A DNA stretch of 64,000 bases, from positions 50,780,001 to 50,844,000 of the forward strand of contig NC_045697.1 in the NCBI RefSeq assembly GCF_009834535.1. Reading direction: 5' to 3'. The notes under the pieces were generated by a model, which saw only the letters and a program-made list of their open reading frames with translations, was not told the origin of the DNA and did no database searches. The stretch is from Camelus ferus (taxonomy: Eukaryota). Within the stretch, counting starts at the first letter, position 1, and the number at the start of each line of letters is the position of its first letter. Shown here in pieces: positions 1 through 13,216 of the stretch. A program made the translations under genes and the position numbers.

Positions 1-779
1 GAATGTTTAGTCTAGTACGATAAACAAATTCACTCTCTTGTTTGAGCAAGTGCTTCTTTAAGCCAATTACTTTTGCAAAAGTTGAAGACCAGGTTTTTAA
101 GCACACTCTTTAAACTCATGCAAGCAATGATCCTTAAAGTAATGAAATAATCTTTAAAAATGGAAGCTTTGGTGATGAAATTCCGTTTTCCCTGCAATCA
201 TTACTCAGAATTGACAGTAAAATCTAGGATGCTCACATCTTGTAGACCCACCGTTTCACTCCAGTCCTTGCTGTAGCAACCAGCTGCATGCAGCTGGAAA
301 CTTACAACTCCTCATCTCAGCTATACTTTCTGCACCAAAGTTTCTTCATCACTGCCATGGAAAATCTCTTGCCCAATAGGGAACAGGAGGTAACCAATAT
401 ATGTTTTCCCCCTCTTTTATGTTTTAGGCAGATACTCTATAAGACTTCTCAGAGGGTACCCAATAGGATTGAACTCCAGCAAACCACATTTTTTTTTCTT
501 ATTTCACTTTTCCCATTTTTTCAGTTCTATACATAGGGAACATTTCCCCAGATAAAGCTGCCTGCATTGTAGGCCGATGACTCAGGCACTGCTTTTTGAG
601 GGGACGCCTTGGCTAAGACACTACTCCATCCTGAGAATGAACTGTGCTGACCGGCAGGCAGAAATGGGCAGTGTAGCTTTCCCTACCCCTAGCTGGTTTT
701 AAGAAGTTGCTACATCTTAACTTCATCTCTATTTCCCCTACAATATCCCTCCTGATATAATGACTCCAGTTCCAAGGGA

Positions 780-1345
780 AGAAGAACAAAGATATCTGAA
801 CATGGCATTAAATTCTTAGATCCATCGATCGCTCCTGGCAAATGGCATTAGTGTACACCAGCATCAGGGTGTAGGGGAAGAAAATGTTTCCCCTCTTTCC
901 TTCTTGATTGTTTGGCTGGCCTAATAATGAAGTTGGCATAATACAGAGTAACAGGAGAAAGAGAAATATAATTTTGTTCATAAAGGAGCCCCATAAAAAT
1001 ATGAGACTCAAAGAAAAGACCAAAGTAGGCAGCTTTTCTACCATTAGGGCAAAATGGCAATACAATTGTGAAGAAATGAGAAGACAAAGGAGTTTGGGCT
1101 TGGGGTAGTAAATTAATGGAGAAGTAACAAATTCATTTGTATAGCCTTCTTGGCCCTAAATTATCTATCTCTGATGATAAGGATGTCTCTTTTTCTCCTG
1201 GTATAGGAAGGGCACATTTATTTCCTGCTTTCAAGGGAAAAACAGAGGGTCAGAGTTTCCTTCTTATACCAGTTGTTTCTTAAGTAACTTTAATTCAAAA
1301 TAATAAATATGCCAAAGTGGAATATTGGGTGGAATCCTGCCGTGA
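780..1345 (-). mobile_element. Degraded ERV1-like LTR fragment
   Basis: Resembles MER4-group LTR sequence by eye; ends not defined. Confidence 0.35.
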
Positions 1346-1439
1346 ACTACATCAAGGGTTAGCCCCTCTATTCAGTCTCCCCAGAGACTGTATGTCTGGC
1401 TCTCCTTTTTCCTTATTCTGATAACACCCTAGATTTACT

Positions 1440-1876
1440 CTGTTCTCAGTCTATCAGGTTCAGATGGGATGACCCATCTCTCAGTTCCTTCCTATCAAGG
1501 CCCACCCCCTACCCTACTGACTGACTCAAAGATGGGAACGTGACCTAAGCCTGGCTCAATAAGAAACAGTCTCTAGAATTTTTATTGAAACAATTGAAAA
1601 AGAAGCTCTTAATTCTTCCTGGGATTTTTAAACTGCTAAAATGGGGCTTAGATGTAAGCCAATGCTTGGTAAGAGCCTTTCTAAGAATAAAATTGGTCCA
1701 GAGGAAAGCACATTAAATGAGATAAATGACTAAGGACCTTGTTTGAATACCTGTGCCCTCCAGGTGACTCTGATTTATTCATGAACACTATGTAGGCCAA
1801 CAGATTTTCTTATTTTTTTTTTTTTTAAGACCATTTCAATTAGATGTTCATCTCTTGCCAATAGCCTGGCTTAACA
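1440..1876 (+). mobile_element. Old MaLR (MLT1-type) LTR
   Basis: MLT1-like motifs (gatgggaacgtgacctaagcctgg ... cctggcttaaca); highly diverged. Confidence 0.4.
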
Positions 1877-4303
1877 CCATCCATCTTTCACATTTCTGCT
1901 ACAAGTAACTTTCCAACAAGGGTAAAACTATTTACTCTATTTAATCTGTCTATCCATTTATCTCTTCAACATTTATCTACCACTTATAAGCTAAGAACTA
2001 AACTGGGTTCTAAAATAGGTTACAAAAAAAAAAGGACTCTGCCACCACCAAATTCACAATCTATGGGAGTAGGGCATAAAGACATGAAATTGTCTGGAGG
2101 CCCATGATACTCAGCAATTTACAGAGTTTTACAGCCCCTCAGAGGAGGGGTCATCTGACTTCTCTTCCTGGAAGGGTGGGAGCTATCAGAGAAAACTTGC
2201 TAGAGGGGAGGGTACTACCTAAGGAGAGTAGGTAGGGTACCCATTCCTGAAAAAGAGGACCAAATGAGCAAAGGCAGTGCAGCATGACTTGAGAACAAAA
2301 ATAAACAGTTTATTTCTTTAACCTGGAGTTTAGCATCAAGGCAGCTAGGCATAGAGAGCAGGAGGATAAGCATGGCCCAGACACCAGAAGTTCCCTTGCC
2401 ACTGAGGAGCCATTTCAAATGTCACCTCCATCAGAAATTCCGTAACTCCATCCAAGTGTTTAGCTTGGCCCTTGGATACAGAGCACATTGTGGGGCGCCA
2501 TTGGTTTACATACCCTCATGCAGGATTATGCACTCTGCAAGCCAGCTGTCACATCTTATTTCTCTTTCCATCTCTATCTCCAATGTAAGTCTGGTTCTTA
2601 CTCATACTAAGCATTCAACAAATGTTTATTGAAATATTGCATGAATAAATGGTTTCAGGCCACTATTCCATAACCAGTGTGTCCTGAGGGTGGGACACCA
2701 GGAAACTATTCTTGAAGGATTCAACAGCCTAGATTTCCTTACTTTCTTTTACTTATTTTGAGCACTCAGCATTTGGGTAATACCTCTCAGAGGACATAGG
2801 CAAACCCAGAGGGGCCAGACTTCAAATTCGAGTGTAAGAGATGGAGAGGTGTATCCTACCTCAGGCAACCAGACAAATGAGTCTGAACCAAGTCTCTAGA
2901 AAGTTCTGAGGACTTGGAAAAGGTCTGCTGACAAGTCCAAAGAATACAAGTGGGACCTATCAATACATTCAAAAACAAAGGGCCTGTGCTGCCTAGATCT
3001 GGAACAGAATGGGAGCAATGTCAAGAATAAAGCAAAGGAGGTCCTGGTTAATTACCACAAATGCAGCTGGAGTACATTTGGCCTTTATGGACCACCTGCC
3101 TGATAGTAGATGGGAGGGTCCAGGTAGTTAAATGTACAAGATCTGGGTAGGATGATAGCTATTCATTCCATATACTTTATTATTATCTGTGTTTATAAGG
3201 CAGTGATAGGTGTCATAGGAGGTGTAATGTTGGATAAAGTCCAACTTCTCACATAAGATTATTTTTTAGAGTGCCTACTTTCTTCTACAATGCTAGATCA
3301 CTTATTTTTCTATTCCTGGCATGACAATCTGTTGATATGATCAGTCTACAAATACTTAAAATCATTCAGTTAACATTGAGAACTAGTCAATATATTAGAT
3401 TTTGTCAGGATTTTTTTTTGTGTGTGTGTGGTTTATTGGTTTCTAAATTTTTTTATACATTTCCTTTCATCTCTATTTTCTTAAATTATTTCCTGAAATT
3501 TCTGGAAGTGGCATGAACTAAATAAATGATATCATTATCATATAGTGTAACAAGAAGAAATACGGGATTGCCAAAATTGCAAAAGGAAAAGGAAATGAAA
3601 AAACTTCTCTTAGAAATAATCACATAAGAGATTTGCTTTAGAAATGAAAACATCATTACGACATCACGGTATTATGGAAACAAAATTTAGGAAGTTGACA
3701 AGAATGTATAACCACAAAGGAAAATAAAATGCTTAGCAAGAAAATACAGATTTCAACTAGGGAAATTAGGAGTCATAAAAACTTGATATTGAGCATAATG
3801 TCCACAGTATTTTCCAATGCTCATTATTCTCCAATTTTTTGGCCAGAAATATTTTTGTTTTTATTTTTCCCTTCTGGGCTGTGTCCATATAGTCAGGTAA
3901 TCTTAGAGGTAGAGGATTCTGAATGAACCTTATTTCAAAGGAGTGTATGACTGAGCTAGTTCATTGGTTATTATTTCTGAAGTGGATGATGATAGTAAAG
4001 AAATATGAGATCCAATTAAATATGGTGGAAATTATGGTGGAAGTGGAGAAAGGATGGCTTTGTTTTATGTATTTTACCTATATGTATGTTATACATCAAA
4101 TGTAAATATCAACGATCAAATGTCTAATGAGCACACATTATAGCATTGATGTGTAATTGAAGGGTGTATATGGACAGATGAGGGGAACGCTTAGCAGATT
4201 CCATGATAGTTACAGATGTGACTCTAACAAAAAAAATCATATAAATCACTGATACGGCAAATGCATGAGTGTGTTACAGTGTGTATGCATAATTTGGTGA
4301 AAC

Positions 4304-4928
4304 TGAAACAGGAAGAAAAGGGGACGGGGCACAGCCATTAAAGGAATGACACAGCAGTTAGCACCAAGATGGTGGAAAAGTCAACTCCCAGTAGACCTTG
4401 AGGCCCAAGATGGCAGGAGATTTGACTTCCAGTAGACCTTGAGCTTCATTACGTGCTCATTGTAATATAATATTGTGTGTAAATGGCACACCCACAGGCA
4501 CCATGGCTATTCTGAGGCTAACCATAAAATCTCAAAAGTAAGCAGTAGCTCAGTGCTGGGAATCCTCACCCCTTTCCCAAAGCAGTTGGAGCAATCCTCC
4601 CACTTATTAACATATGAAATAACCAAGCTCATAAAAACTAACACCCCCTACACCTCGTGGCCCCCTCCCTTCTGAGTGAGACGGCTGGAAGTCTATCTAT
4701 AGAGTGTGTGTCTACTTTTACTTTAAACACCACCTCCACGCCTCGTGGCCTCTCTGGCCTTCTGAGATGGCCTCCACTCGGTCTGTGGAGTGTGCACCTA
4801 CTTTTACTCTACTGTGGCTCGCTCTTGAATTCTTTCCTGCTCACAGTCAAGGACTCTCACTTGATGGGGTGCATGCCAGGGACGCATCTGAGACGTGGGA
4901 CATGGCCATCCTCTCGTGCCCTGTGTCA
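4304..4928 (+). mobile_element. Solo ERV1-type LTR (family A)
   Basis: TG...CA ends, near-TSD AAAC/AAAT, internal tandem ccaagatgg...cagtagaccttgag repeats; homologous to the inverted copy at 9749-10386. Confidence 0.8.
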
Positions 4929-5665
4929 AAATCTCTGAGCTTAACAAAGTCAGGAGTTGGGAAAAGAGTCTTTAAAGTTCAACCAACTTTCTGTTAGCAA
5001 GATGCCTCATCCAGCACCCAGCTGCACCAGTACATAATAGGACTAACTGCATTATTGTTTCCCTCCATATAGTTAATATCTGACAAACATTTATTTAGCA
5101 CCTACTCCATCAGGCATTTTTCTGGAAGTGGGAATGAAGAGAGGTTAATAGGCATGACCTTTATTCCCTCATCTAAAGAGGGAAAACAGATAATCACAGT
5201 GCAGTCTAATTGTTATTCTGATAGAGACCTGTATAAATTGCTTTATCCTTTTTGCATCATTAGATCCTGCCATCATTCCTAGAATTACCAGGAAAAGAAG
5301 ACTGTTCCTCCAACACAGCTGATAAGAGCTGATTGTTCCAACTCTGCCCGAAGACTGCTCAGCTTTCAAGTTTTACTACCTCTCACCACATCACAGGCTA
5401 ATAATAGCACAATCCCATGTAGTGTCTACCTCAACAAAGAAATAAATATTTGACAAGATTATTTGCAAAGTTTATCTTCTTTCTTTGTTTTCTTTGCTAG
5501 ACAGTTAAGCCAGGCTCCCAATGACCAGGTGTCCTGTGGATTTTATAATCTTATAGACATGTGGGTTGATAAATCTTGTGGTTTTGTTGTTTGATTTTCC
5601 TTTACTTGTTACCAGGGAGGGAAAACACAGCTTGTGTATCTCAGGTTAAACTTTTTTTTCTTAAC

Positions 5666-6129
5666 TGTTGTAGGACACAACGTGGCAGCTGATCGGTGAG
5701 CCAGTGACTTGCAGGTTGGTAAAAGAATTTACCAGAGATAAAAGTATGAGAATGGAAAGGAATTTATTAGGGTATGCCGCCATAGACAACAGTGAGCCAC
5801 AGGGATGAGAGGGGCCTGTTTGAGCCCCGAGTCAGTTGTAGAGGTGTTTTATAAGGTTGGTTCACAAGGTGCCCGATCAGCTTGTGCACAAGTCTCTGAT
5901 TGGTTGTAGGTGAGGTAAGAGGTTTAGGGTCTATGAAGGGCAGTGGGGTTTATGACTCTGATAAGTTGGGCTGAAATGAGCCAGCCTGAGCTATTGTGAG
6001 ATTTGGCATTCCCTAGAGGAAACATGCCCAGGAAAGAAAGTACTTTATCTGTTGAGGGGTTGCAGGCAGACATCTGAGAGCCCAGAGATGGGGGTTGTTG
6101 GACTTTGAAGGATGTCAGTTGGCCCCACA
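5666..6129 (-). mobile_element. Solo LTR with 5-bp TSD (ERVL-class length)
   Basis: TG...CA ends flanked by a perfect TTAAC duplication (5661-5665 and 6130-6134); AATAAA and TATAAAA on the minus strand. Confidence 0.8.
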
Positions 6130-6351
6130 TTAACTAGTTATCTGCACCCAAGCTTTGGGCTGCAGCTCTGGGCAGAGGAAGTAATAGCTTGTTGGCCATG
6201 TTCCTAATGGGTTGCCTGTTAGCTCGAGGCTTGTGGCCACCACTGTTTGGAAATGATATGTGCTCTGGGGCTAAAGCTCCAGAGACAGGGAAGGAAAGTA
6301 ACTTCTGCTTTTTAGTTTCCAATTCTGAGCCAGGCCCACGTTGGCTCCTAT

Positions 6352-6948
6352 TGCTACTGAACAAAGTTCGTATGCCCGATGCACAGTGAAGCCAAACAAA
6401 CCAAAACATCGTGGTTTGGATCAGAGAAAGTTTATTTCAGGGCCAAGCAAGGAGAACAGATGGCTTGTACACCTCCACCAAAAAAAAAAAAAAAAAAAAC
6501 CACAAAAAAAACTGAACTCCCTGATGGCTTTCAGGGAGAAGATTTTATAGGCAAAATCTGGAGGAAGAGATCTGCAGGATATGTGACTTTCTTCTGATTG
6601 GTTTGTGCTGAGGTAACAATCTTCCAGGAACCTTGTGTTCAGCGGGAAGTTACCATCCTCCACCCGAGTGTGGGCTTTAGTTCCTGCAGAAGAACTCAAA
6701 GACATTGATATGTATATTCCTTGAGGAGGAATCAGGACCCTGCCGCAAGGCTGCGCTATTGTTTCTTGACTGTTCCCCCCTTGTTTCTGCATTCCCTCCC
6801 TTCTCTGATTAGCAAACTCTTTGAATCTGCCTTTTGGAACTCAGGTAAGGTCAAGGAGGCTGTGAAGCCCATTTCCTACAAAAAAGGAATGGGGGACACA
6901 GAAAGGATTTGTACCTGGGGTAATCCCACAGGGTCCTGCTCCATTTCA
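6352..6948 (-). mobile_element. Solo LTR (family B)
   Basis: TG...CA ends; similar along its length to 8104-8660; AATAAA on minus near the left end. Confidence 0.8.
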
Positions 6949-6986
6949 CAAGAAAGCAATGTACTTTTTGCTCTCAATTCAGTTTA

Positions 6987-7631
6987 CATTAGACCCCGAA
7001 CTAAGACGCACATGGTTCAAGTGGAATGGGCAGTGAATATAAGTGGGAATACAAATAAAGTGAGAATTTATTATTAAAGGATGGATAGTACACTCTCAAG
7101 GGGAGAGCGGGAAGGCTCAGGGGAGCGGCTGCCCCAGTTTCTTCAGCAAGTTGGTTACATAGGGTGAAAAAGTGAATGGGTGGAATATCCATTAGAGAGG
7201 GAAGGGTCTGGGGTCATATTCTCTGATTTTCTTTCCAACTCCACCTTCCCAAAGAGAGGAGGGATTTTTGTCATTATTTAGTCTTGATCAGAAGTGTCAT
7301 GGCATCGGTGCATGAAGGGTACTTCTGATCTGCAAGGCTAATTTTATTGAAATGAGGGCATAATGAGCAAAAGGTTACATTCAGACACTGGAGATTCCTG
7401 CCTTTTCCCACCTTTCTTTGTTGGCCTCTGGGCCACTTATCACCCCCCAAAATGTGACCACTTATCAGCCTAGAGGTTCCTGCTTTTCTTTCTCTGCCCA
7501 GGGACCCGTGGTGTTTACATGATGTATGGTTTCCTGCATTGGGCCTGTGTCTCTCCTTTCTGCCCAATTTCTGCCATTTGGCCTGCATTCCCCTTCCTCT
7601 GCTCAGGTCTAGCTATCTGCCTGCTCTAACA
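6987..7631 (-). mobile_element. Solo LTR (family C)
   Basis: Inverted ends (cattaga...tctaaca), minus-strand AATAAA, LTR-like composition; TSD not clear. Confidence 0.6.
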
Positions 7632-8009
7632 CTTGGTGCTACATCTTCTCTTCAAAAGCTACCCCTCAATGGTGTTCCCAAAGACTCCCAGCCCAGGTCG
7701 GGCCTGCAGATTGAAATTAAAGGTGCACTATAGGCAAGATTTAACTGTCCTGCTGGTCACTTGCATCCTGCCCCTACTGACTCACCAACATCTTGGGAAG
7801 CACTAATTAGAGTGTGGCTTCCCACATGTTATGTTGGAATGCTGAAACTTGACTCTTCAAAGAACTAGACAATGTTTTTAAACTACAAGTAACGATTCAT
7901 CAGTGGGTTTTGAAATCACTTTATAAGCTTGTAGCCAACATTTCTTAAAAAGTGGATGAAGTAGGATAGGACAGTATAGGAAATAAAATATCAAAACACA
8001 TCATAAAAG

Positions 8010-8750
8010 CAAAGGCCTACTGTACAGCACAAGAAACTATGTTCAATGTCTTGTGATAACCTATAACGGAAAGGAATCTGGAGAATACATACTTACACAC
8101 GTATGTTACCAAACAAAAGCTCCTGTGCCCAATGCACAGTGAGGCCAAACAAATCAAAAAGTCGTGGTTTGGAGAAAGGTTTACTGCAGGGCCAAGCCAG
8201 GAGGATGGGCAGCACATTCTCAGAAAGCCTGAACTCCCCGACGGTTTTCAGGAAAAGATTTTATAGGCACAGTTTGGGGCGAGGGCTGCCGGGTGTGTGA
8301 CTTTCTTCTCAACTGGCTGGTGCTAAGGTAACAGGACGGTGCTCGAGGGCTCTTTCACAGCCACCGAAGTTCCCACCCTCCACCTGGTGGGGGCTTTAGT
8401 TCCTACAGGAGAACTCAAAGATATTGGTATGTATATTCCTTGAGGGGGAACCAGCACCCTGCCCCGAGGCTGTGCTATTGCATTTTGACTGTTTCGCCTG
8501 CATTCCCTCCCTTCCCTGATTAGCAAAGGTTTGAATCTGCCCTTTGGAACTCAGGGAAGATCAAGGAGGCTGAATGAAGCCTATCCCTCACTAACAAGAA
8601 ATGGAGGCCACAGAAGTTATCTGTACCAGGCAGGATCCCACAGGATCCTGCTCCATTTCATATATATGCGTATGTATAACTGAATCACTTTGCTGTGCAC
8701 CTAATCTAACACAACATTGTAAATCAACCGTACTATAATAAAAAATTAAT
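8010..8750 (+). mobile_element. L1 3' end (artiodactyl type) interrupted by an LTR
   Basis: tactgtacagcacaagaaactat ... ataactgaatcactttgctgt ... ttgtaaatcaac ... aataaaaaa, the typical L1 3'UTR terminus, split at 8104-8660. Confidence 0.75.
8104..8660 (-). mobile_element. Solo LTR (family B), inserted in the L1 3'UTR
   Basis: TG...CA ends; paralog of 6352-6948; both flanks are contiguous L1 sequence. Confidence 0.8.
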
Positions 8751-9042
8751 TTAAACACACAACATACAAAGTAGGTACAAGTATTGCATTATGAACTTGT
8801 TTTAGGGATGTGTTGAAGGAGGATTAATAAAATGGCCACATTTAGACTAACAGACTGCTTGTTCTTATACTTGCCCTTAGAACGGTCAACTGACCTAACT
8901 GGCCAGTTGCTACTCACAGTTCCAGGCCCACTGTGAAAACTAAAGCTATTGATCTTACTGTCTCTACTATATTCCAGTAATCAAAAGCTATAATCATGCT
9001 CATTATCTGAGTCGACGTCCAGGGAGAAAGTCACAGAACTGT

Positions 9043-9622
9043 TGTTGCCGAAAGATCATCCCTGATGAGCCAAATAACTCAGAGACAAGGTCTTGGAGTT
9101 TAGAAGAAAAGTGGGAGCTTTATTACTTTGCTGAACAAAGGGGACTCACAGCAGGCGAGTGTCTTCAAAACTGTGACCCCACTTTGGGGATGGGGTGGGG
9201 TGGTTATATAGCCAAGCTCGAACAATGAAGCACTGATAACAAGCAACAGAATCATTTTCTCATCAGAAGACTTAGAATAGCGACATGATGCCTCCAGGCA
9301 ACCAATTCTATAGAGGCCAGCTGTTAGATCTCTTTATCTTGTAAGCACTCAAGGTGTGGTCTTCTTGGTAATTCAGGCTATTTTGTAAGGTCACGATCTT
9401 GTGACCTTCTCCCTGGAGACTGACTCAGAGATGAAGCATAATTATAGCTTTTGATTGCTGGAATATAGTAGAAACAGTAAGATCAATCGCTTTAGTTTTA
9501 GCAGTGGGCCTGGAGCTGTGAGTAGCAACCTGATCAGTCAGGTGGGTTGACTGTTCGAAGGTCGAGCATAAGAATAAGCAATCTGTTAGCCTAAGTGCAG
9601 CCATTTTATTAATCCTCCTTCA
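9043..9622 (-). mobile_element. Solo LTR related to family D, nested antisense inside the family D copy
   Basis: Reverse complement starts TGAAGGAGGATTAATAAAATGGC and ends CGGCAACA; perfect TSD CTGT (9039-9042 and 9623-9626). Confidence 0.85.
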
Positions 9623-9748
9623 CTGTACCCTTGCAAAGTAGGCTAAATACCAAAAAGACCACACCTTGGGCACTTATGAGATAAGAGATCGAAAAAGTGA
9701 CAACCGTTAGCCTCTATAGAATTTGGTCACCTGGAGACATTATGACAC

Positions 9749-10386
9749 TGATGCCGGAAACAGATGTGGGGAGTGAGGAGTGCGGTGTCCCAGGCTTCAT
9801 TTGAGCCCCTGGGATGTGCCCCGCCAAGTGTGAGTCCTTAGCTTCGCACAGGAAAGTCCTCAAGAGCGAGCCACAGTTGAGTAAAGGTAGATTTATTTAG
9901 AGAGATACATTGAAAGGCAAGAGAAAAGCCGTGAGGTAAGGGGTTGGGTGCTCAGATTAGAGTAAAAGTAGGTACACACTCCATAGACAGAGTGTGGGTC
10001 ATCTCCGAATGGAGAGAGAGAGAGAGAGGTGGCCCCATGAGGTGCTGTGTTGCCAGGTTTTTATGGACTCAGTGGCTTGAGAAGCTAATAAGTGAAAGGA
10101 CCATTTAACTAGCCTGAGGAAGGGGCTGGGATTCCCAGGAAGTTGGCCATTTCCCACTCTTTGACCTTCTATGGCTAGCCTTGGGACTGTCATGGCACCT
10201 GTGGGCATGTTATTCACCATGTTAATACATTACAATGGGCTTATAATGAAGCTCAAGGTCTACTAGAAGTCAAATCTCCCACTATCTTGAGCCTCAAGGC
10301 CCACTGGGGGTTGAATCTTTCACTATTTTGATGTTAATCGCTGTAGCATTCCTTGAATGGCTGTGCCCTGCCCCCTTCCTGTCTCA
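9749..10386 (-). mobile_element. Solo LTR (family A), nested
   Basis: Reverse complement starts TGAGACAGGAAGGGGGCAGGGCACAGCCATT, matching the start at 4304; left end approximate and TSD not clearly preserved. Confidence 0.75.
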
Positions 10387-11764
10387 GTGCCATTCCAAGT
10401 CTTCTGATGAGAAAATAATTCTGTTACTGTCATTGATGCTTCATTGTTTGAGCTATGGCTATATAATCACCCTGCCCCATCCCCAAGGGGGGTTTACAGC
10501 TTTAAAGGCACTATCCTGCTGTGAGTCCCCTTTGCCCAGCAAAGTAATAAAGCTGCCTCTTTTTTTGTAAGCTCCAAGACCCTCTCTCTGAGTTATTTGG
10601 CTTGTCAGCGACGGGGGCTGATATTTCAGCAACAGTGTGTGTCTTTAAATACATACATACACCAGCACAGTCAATACATACATACACAGTATCTACAAAT
10701 GTGTAAGTGGATGCTAGGGCACTTGAGTTTTATGCTATTTCTCTGCCCAAGGAAAAACTTATTATCCAAAATTGGGACAGGAATGCTCCCTAACTAGTTT
10801 CAGTGCAATGAAGTCATTACTGTGTTCCTTGGTGACTGTGTACAATGATATTTTATTGAAAATTAGCTGTTCACCTTATAACTATATCAAGTGACCAATA
10901 TTTTGAAAAAGAAAAAGAACGTTTTAGAGCAGTGAAATTACAGTTTTTTAAAAATTTCCTCCTTATTTCCTCTGTATCACTATGCTATCTATAATGAGCA
11001 TGCATTCATTGTCTTTTGGAATGAGAGAAAGTATAAAAATATTTTTATAACAAAATAAGCCCTCAATGCTGTATGCATTGAAGAGGAAACTGTTTTTACC
11101 ACAAAGGCCTTATAAGGGGGAAAAAAAGCAAGCATTTTAAAAATGCAGGACATCTGGGAGCAAAATACCCTTTGGTGGTTTTGTTCTGTTGATAGGACCT
11201 GTGACTATGCAGGGAAAAGCCTTGTTTGTGGGCATTTTCTGCTGACTACTTCCAGCCAGGAAAAAAAAAAAAAAGAGAAAGAAAGAAGGAAAGAAAAAAA
11301 AGTTCAAGCTCATTCAATCCTTATCACTCCATGAATGTTATACAGCAGACTCTTCCCAGCAGGAAAACCCTCTCCCAAATGCTGTTGCTGATAAAGGCGG
11401 CAGCTTGAAAGAGTTCTCAGGCTAGTTAGCCGAGCTAATTCTGAAGGGAAGATTTACAAGTCACCAGCATTGGTAGACTTTGTAAAATTTGCTTAGGTCC
11501 TTTGGCCTTTTGAGTCATACCTACAAGTTATTGAATCTAACTAAGCATGTTGTTTGAAGCAGGAAGTAAAAGGAATATAAGCAAAAAAGTATGTACCACC
11601 CACACCCCATTTCCAATGTATTCTCTCAAAGCTTATTTGTTTTGAGAAACTTATTGTTATTACAACTTTTTATTGGCTACTTATCACCAAGGATTACTCT
11701 GTTAACTGCCTGACTCAACACTCCAAACTGACTGGGATTGTGGATTAAGAGCAATATTGAAAGA

Positions 11765-11975
11765 ATAATAATAATTAATGCTTGCTGATTTTTAAACACA
11801 GACTATGTATGAGGAACTATGCCACGTGTTTTGCATAAATCATCCATTTAGTCCTCACAGTAATATATGAAGTAGACACCCATCCCCATTTTAGAGATGA
11901 GGAAACTAAGGCACAGAGGGGAAGTGAGTGTGGCACACCCTTGGGTGCCATGCTAAGGACTTTGGACTTTGAAGA
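11765..11975 (-). mobile_element. MIR SINE
   Basis: MIR core cccattttagagatgaggaaactaaggcacagag. Confidence 0.75.
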
Positions 11976-12123
11976 TAATTTGGGTGATGATGCACAAGGT
12001 GGACCAAAAGTGAAAAACACCAAATGAGTGAAAACTAGTTGGGAGACCATCATTTACCTTCCTCATTGGCACTTAGTTCTGCAGAATGATCAACGCGCTG
12101 AGGACTTGAACTTAAGTCTCTCT

Positions 12124-13216
12124 TTTCTTTTCTTTTTTTTTATTTTACATTTTTTTTATTGAGTTATAGTCAGTTTACAATGCTGTGTCAATTTCCAGCA
12201 TAGAGCACAATTTTTCAGTTATACATGAACATATGTATATCCATCGTTGCATTCTTTTTCACTGTGAGCTACCACAAGATTGTATATTTTCCCTGTGCTA
12301 TACAGTATAATCTTGTTTATCTATTCTACATATGCCTGTCAGTATCTATAAATTTCGAACTCCCAGTCGGTCCCTTCCACCCTCCTCCCCGCTGGCAACC
12401 ACAAGTTTGTATTCTATGTCTATGAGTCTGTTTCTGTTTTGTATTGTTCTTTTTTTTCAGATTCCACATATGAGCGATTTCATATGGTATTTTTCTTTCT
12501 CTTTCTGGCTTACTTCACTTAGAATGACATTCTCCAGGGACACACATGTTGCTGCAAATGGTGTTATGTCGCTATTTTTATGGCTGAATAGTATTCCATT
12601 GTATAAATATACCACCTCTTCTTTATCCAGTCATTTGTCGATGGACATTTAGGCTGTTTCCATGTCTTGGCTACTGTAAATAGTGCTGTTATGAACATTG
12701 GGTGCAGGTGTCTTTTTGATGTAAGGTTCCTTCTGGATATATGTCCAGGAGTGGGATTCCTGGGTCATATGGTAAGCCTACTCCTAGTCTTTTGAGGAAT
12801 CTCCATACTGTTTTCCACAGTGGTGGCACCAAACTGCATTCCCACCAGCAGTGTAGAAGGGATCCCTTTTCCCCACAGCCTCTCCAGCATTTGTCAATTG
12901 TGAACTGTTGAATGATGGCCATTCTGACTGGTGTGAGGTGATAGCTCATCGTAGTTTTGATTTGCATTTCTCTGATAATTAGTGATATTGAGCATTTTTT
13001 AATGTGCTTATTGATCATTTGCATTTCTTCCTTGGAAAATTGCTTGTTTAGGTCTTCTGCCCATTTTTGGATTGGGTTGTTTGTTTTCAAGCTTCTGCAC
13101 AGCAAAGGAAGCCATAAACAAAACAAAAGAACAACCTATGGAATGGGAGAAAATTTTTGCAAAAGATGAAACTGACAAAGGCTTGATCTCCAGAATATAT
13201 AAGCAGTTCATACGAC
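12124..13216 (-). mobile_element. 5'-truncated L1 with 5' inversion
   Basis: T-rich tail at left, 3'UTR, ORF2 C-terminus (NNPIQKW...HCWWEC) on minus up to about 13087, then the adjacent upstream ORF2 part (FCTAKEAIN...IYKQ) on plus; TSD CTTAAGTCTCTCT/CTTATGTCTTTCT. Confidence 0.9.

Larger units (their letters stand above)
8814..10634 (+). mobile_element. Solo ERV1-type LTR (family D) carrying two nested LTRs
   Basis: Starts TGAAGGAGGATTAATAAAATGGC, ends CAGCAACA, perfect 4-bp TSD GTGT (8810-8813 and 10635-10638), AATAAA near 10546. Confidence 0.85.

Noticed and set aside
6352..8660. Two same-orientation family B LTRs as the ends of one provirus
   Set aside because: The interval holds an unrelated LTR and DNA-transposon/L1 pieces, there is no shared TSD, and the second copy sits inside an L1 3'UTR. 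They are independent insertions.
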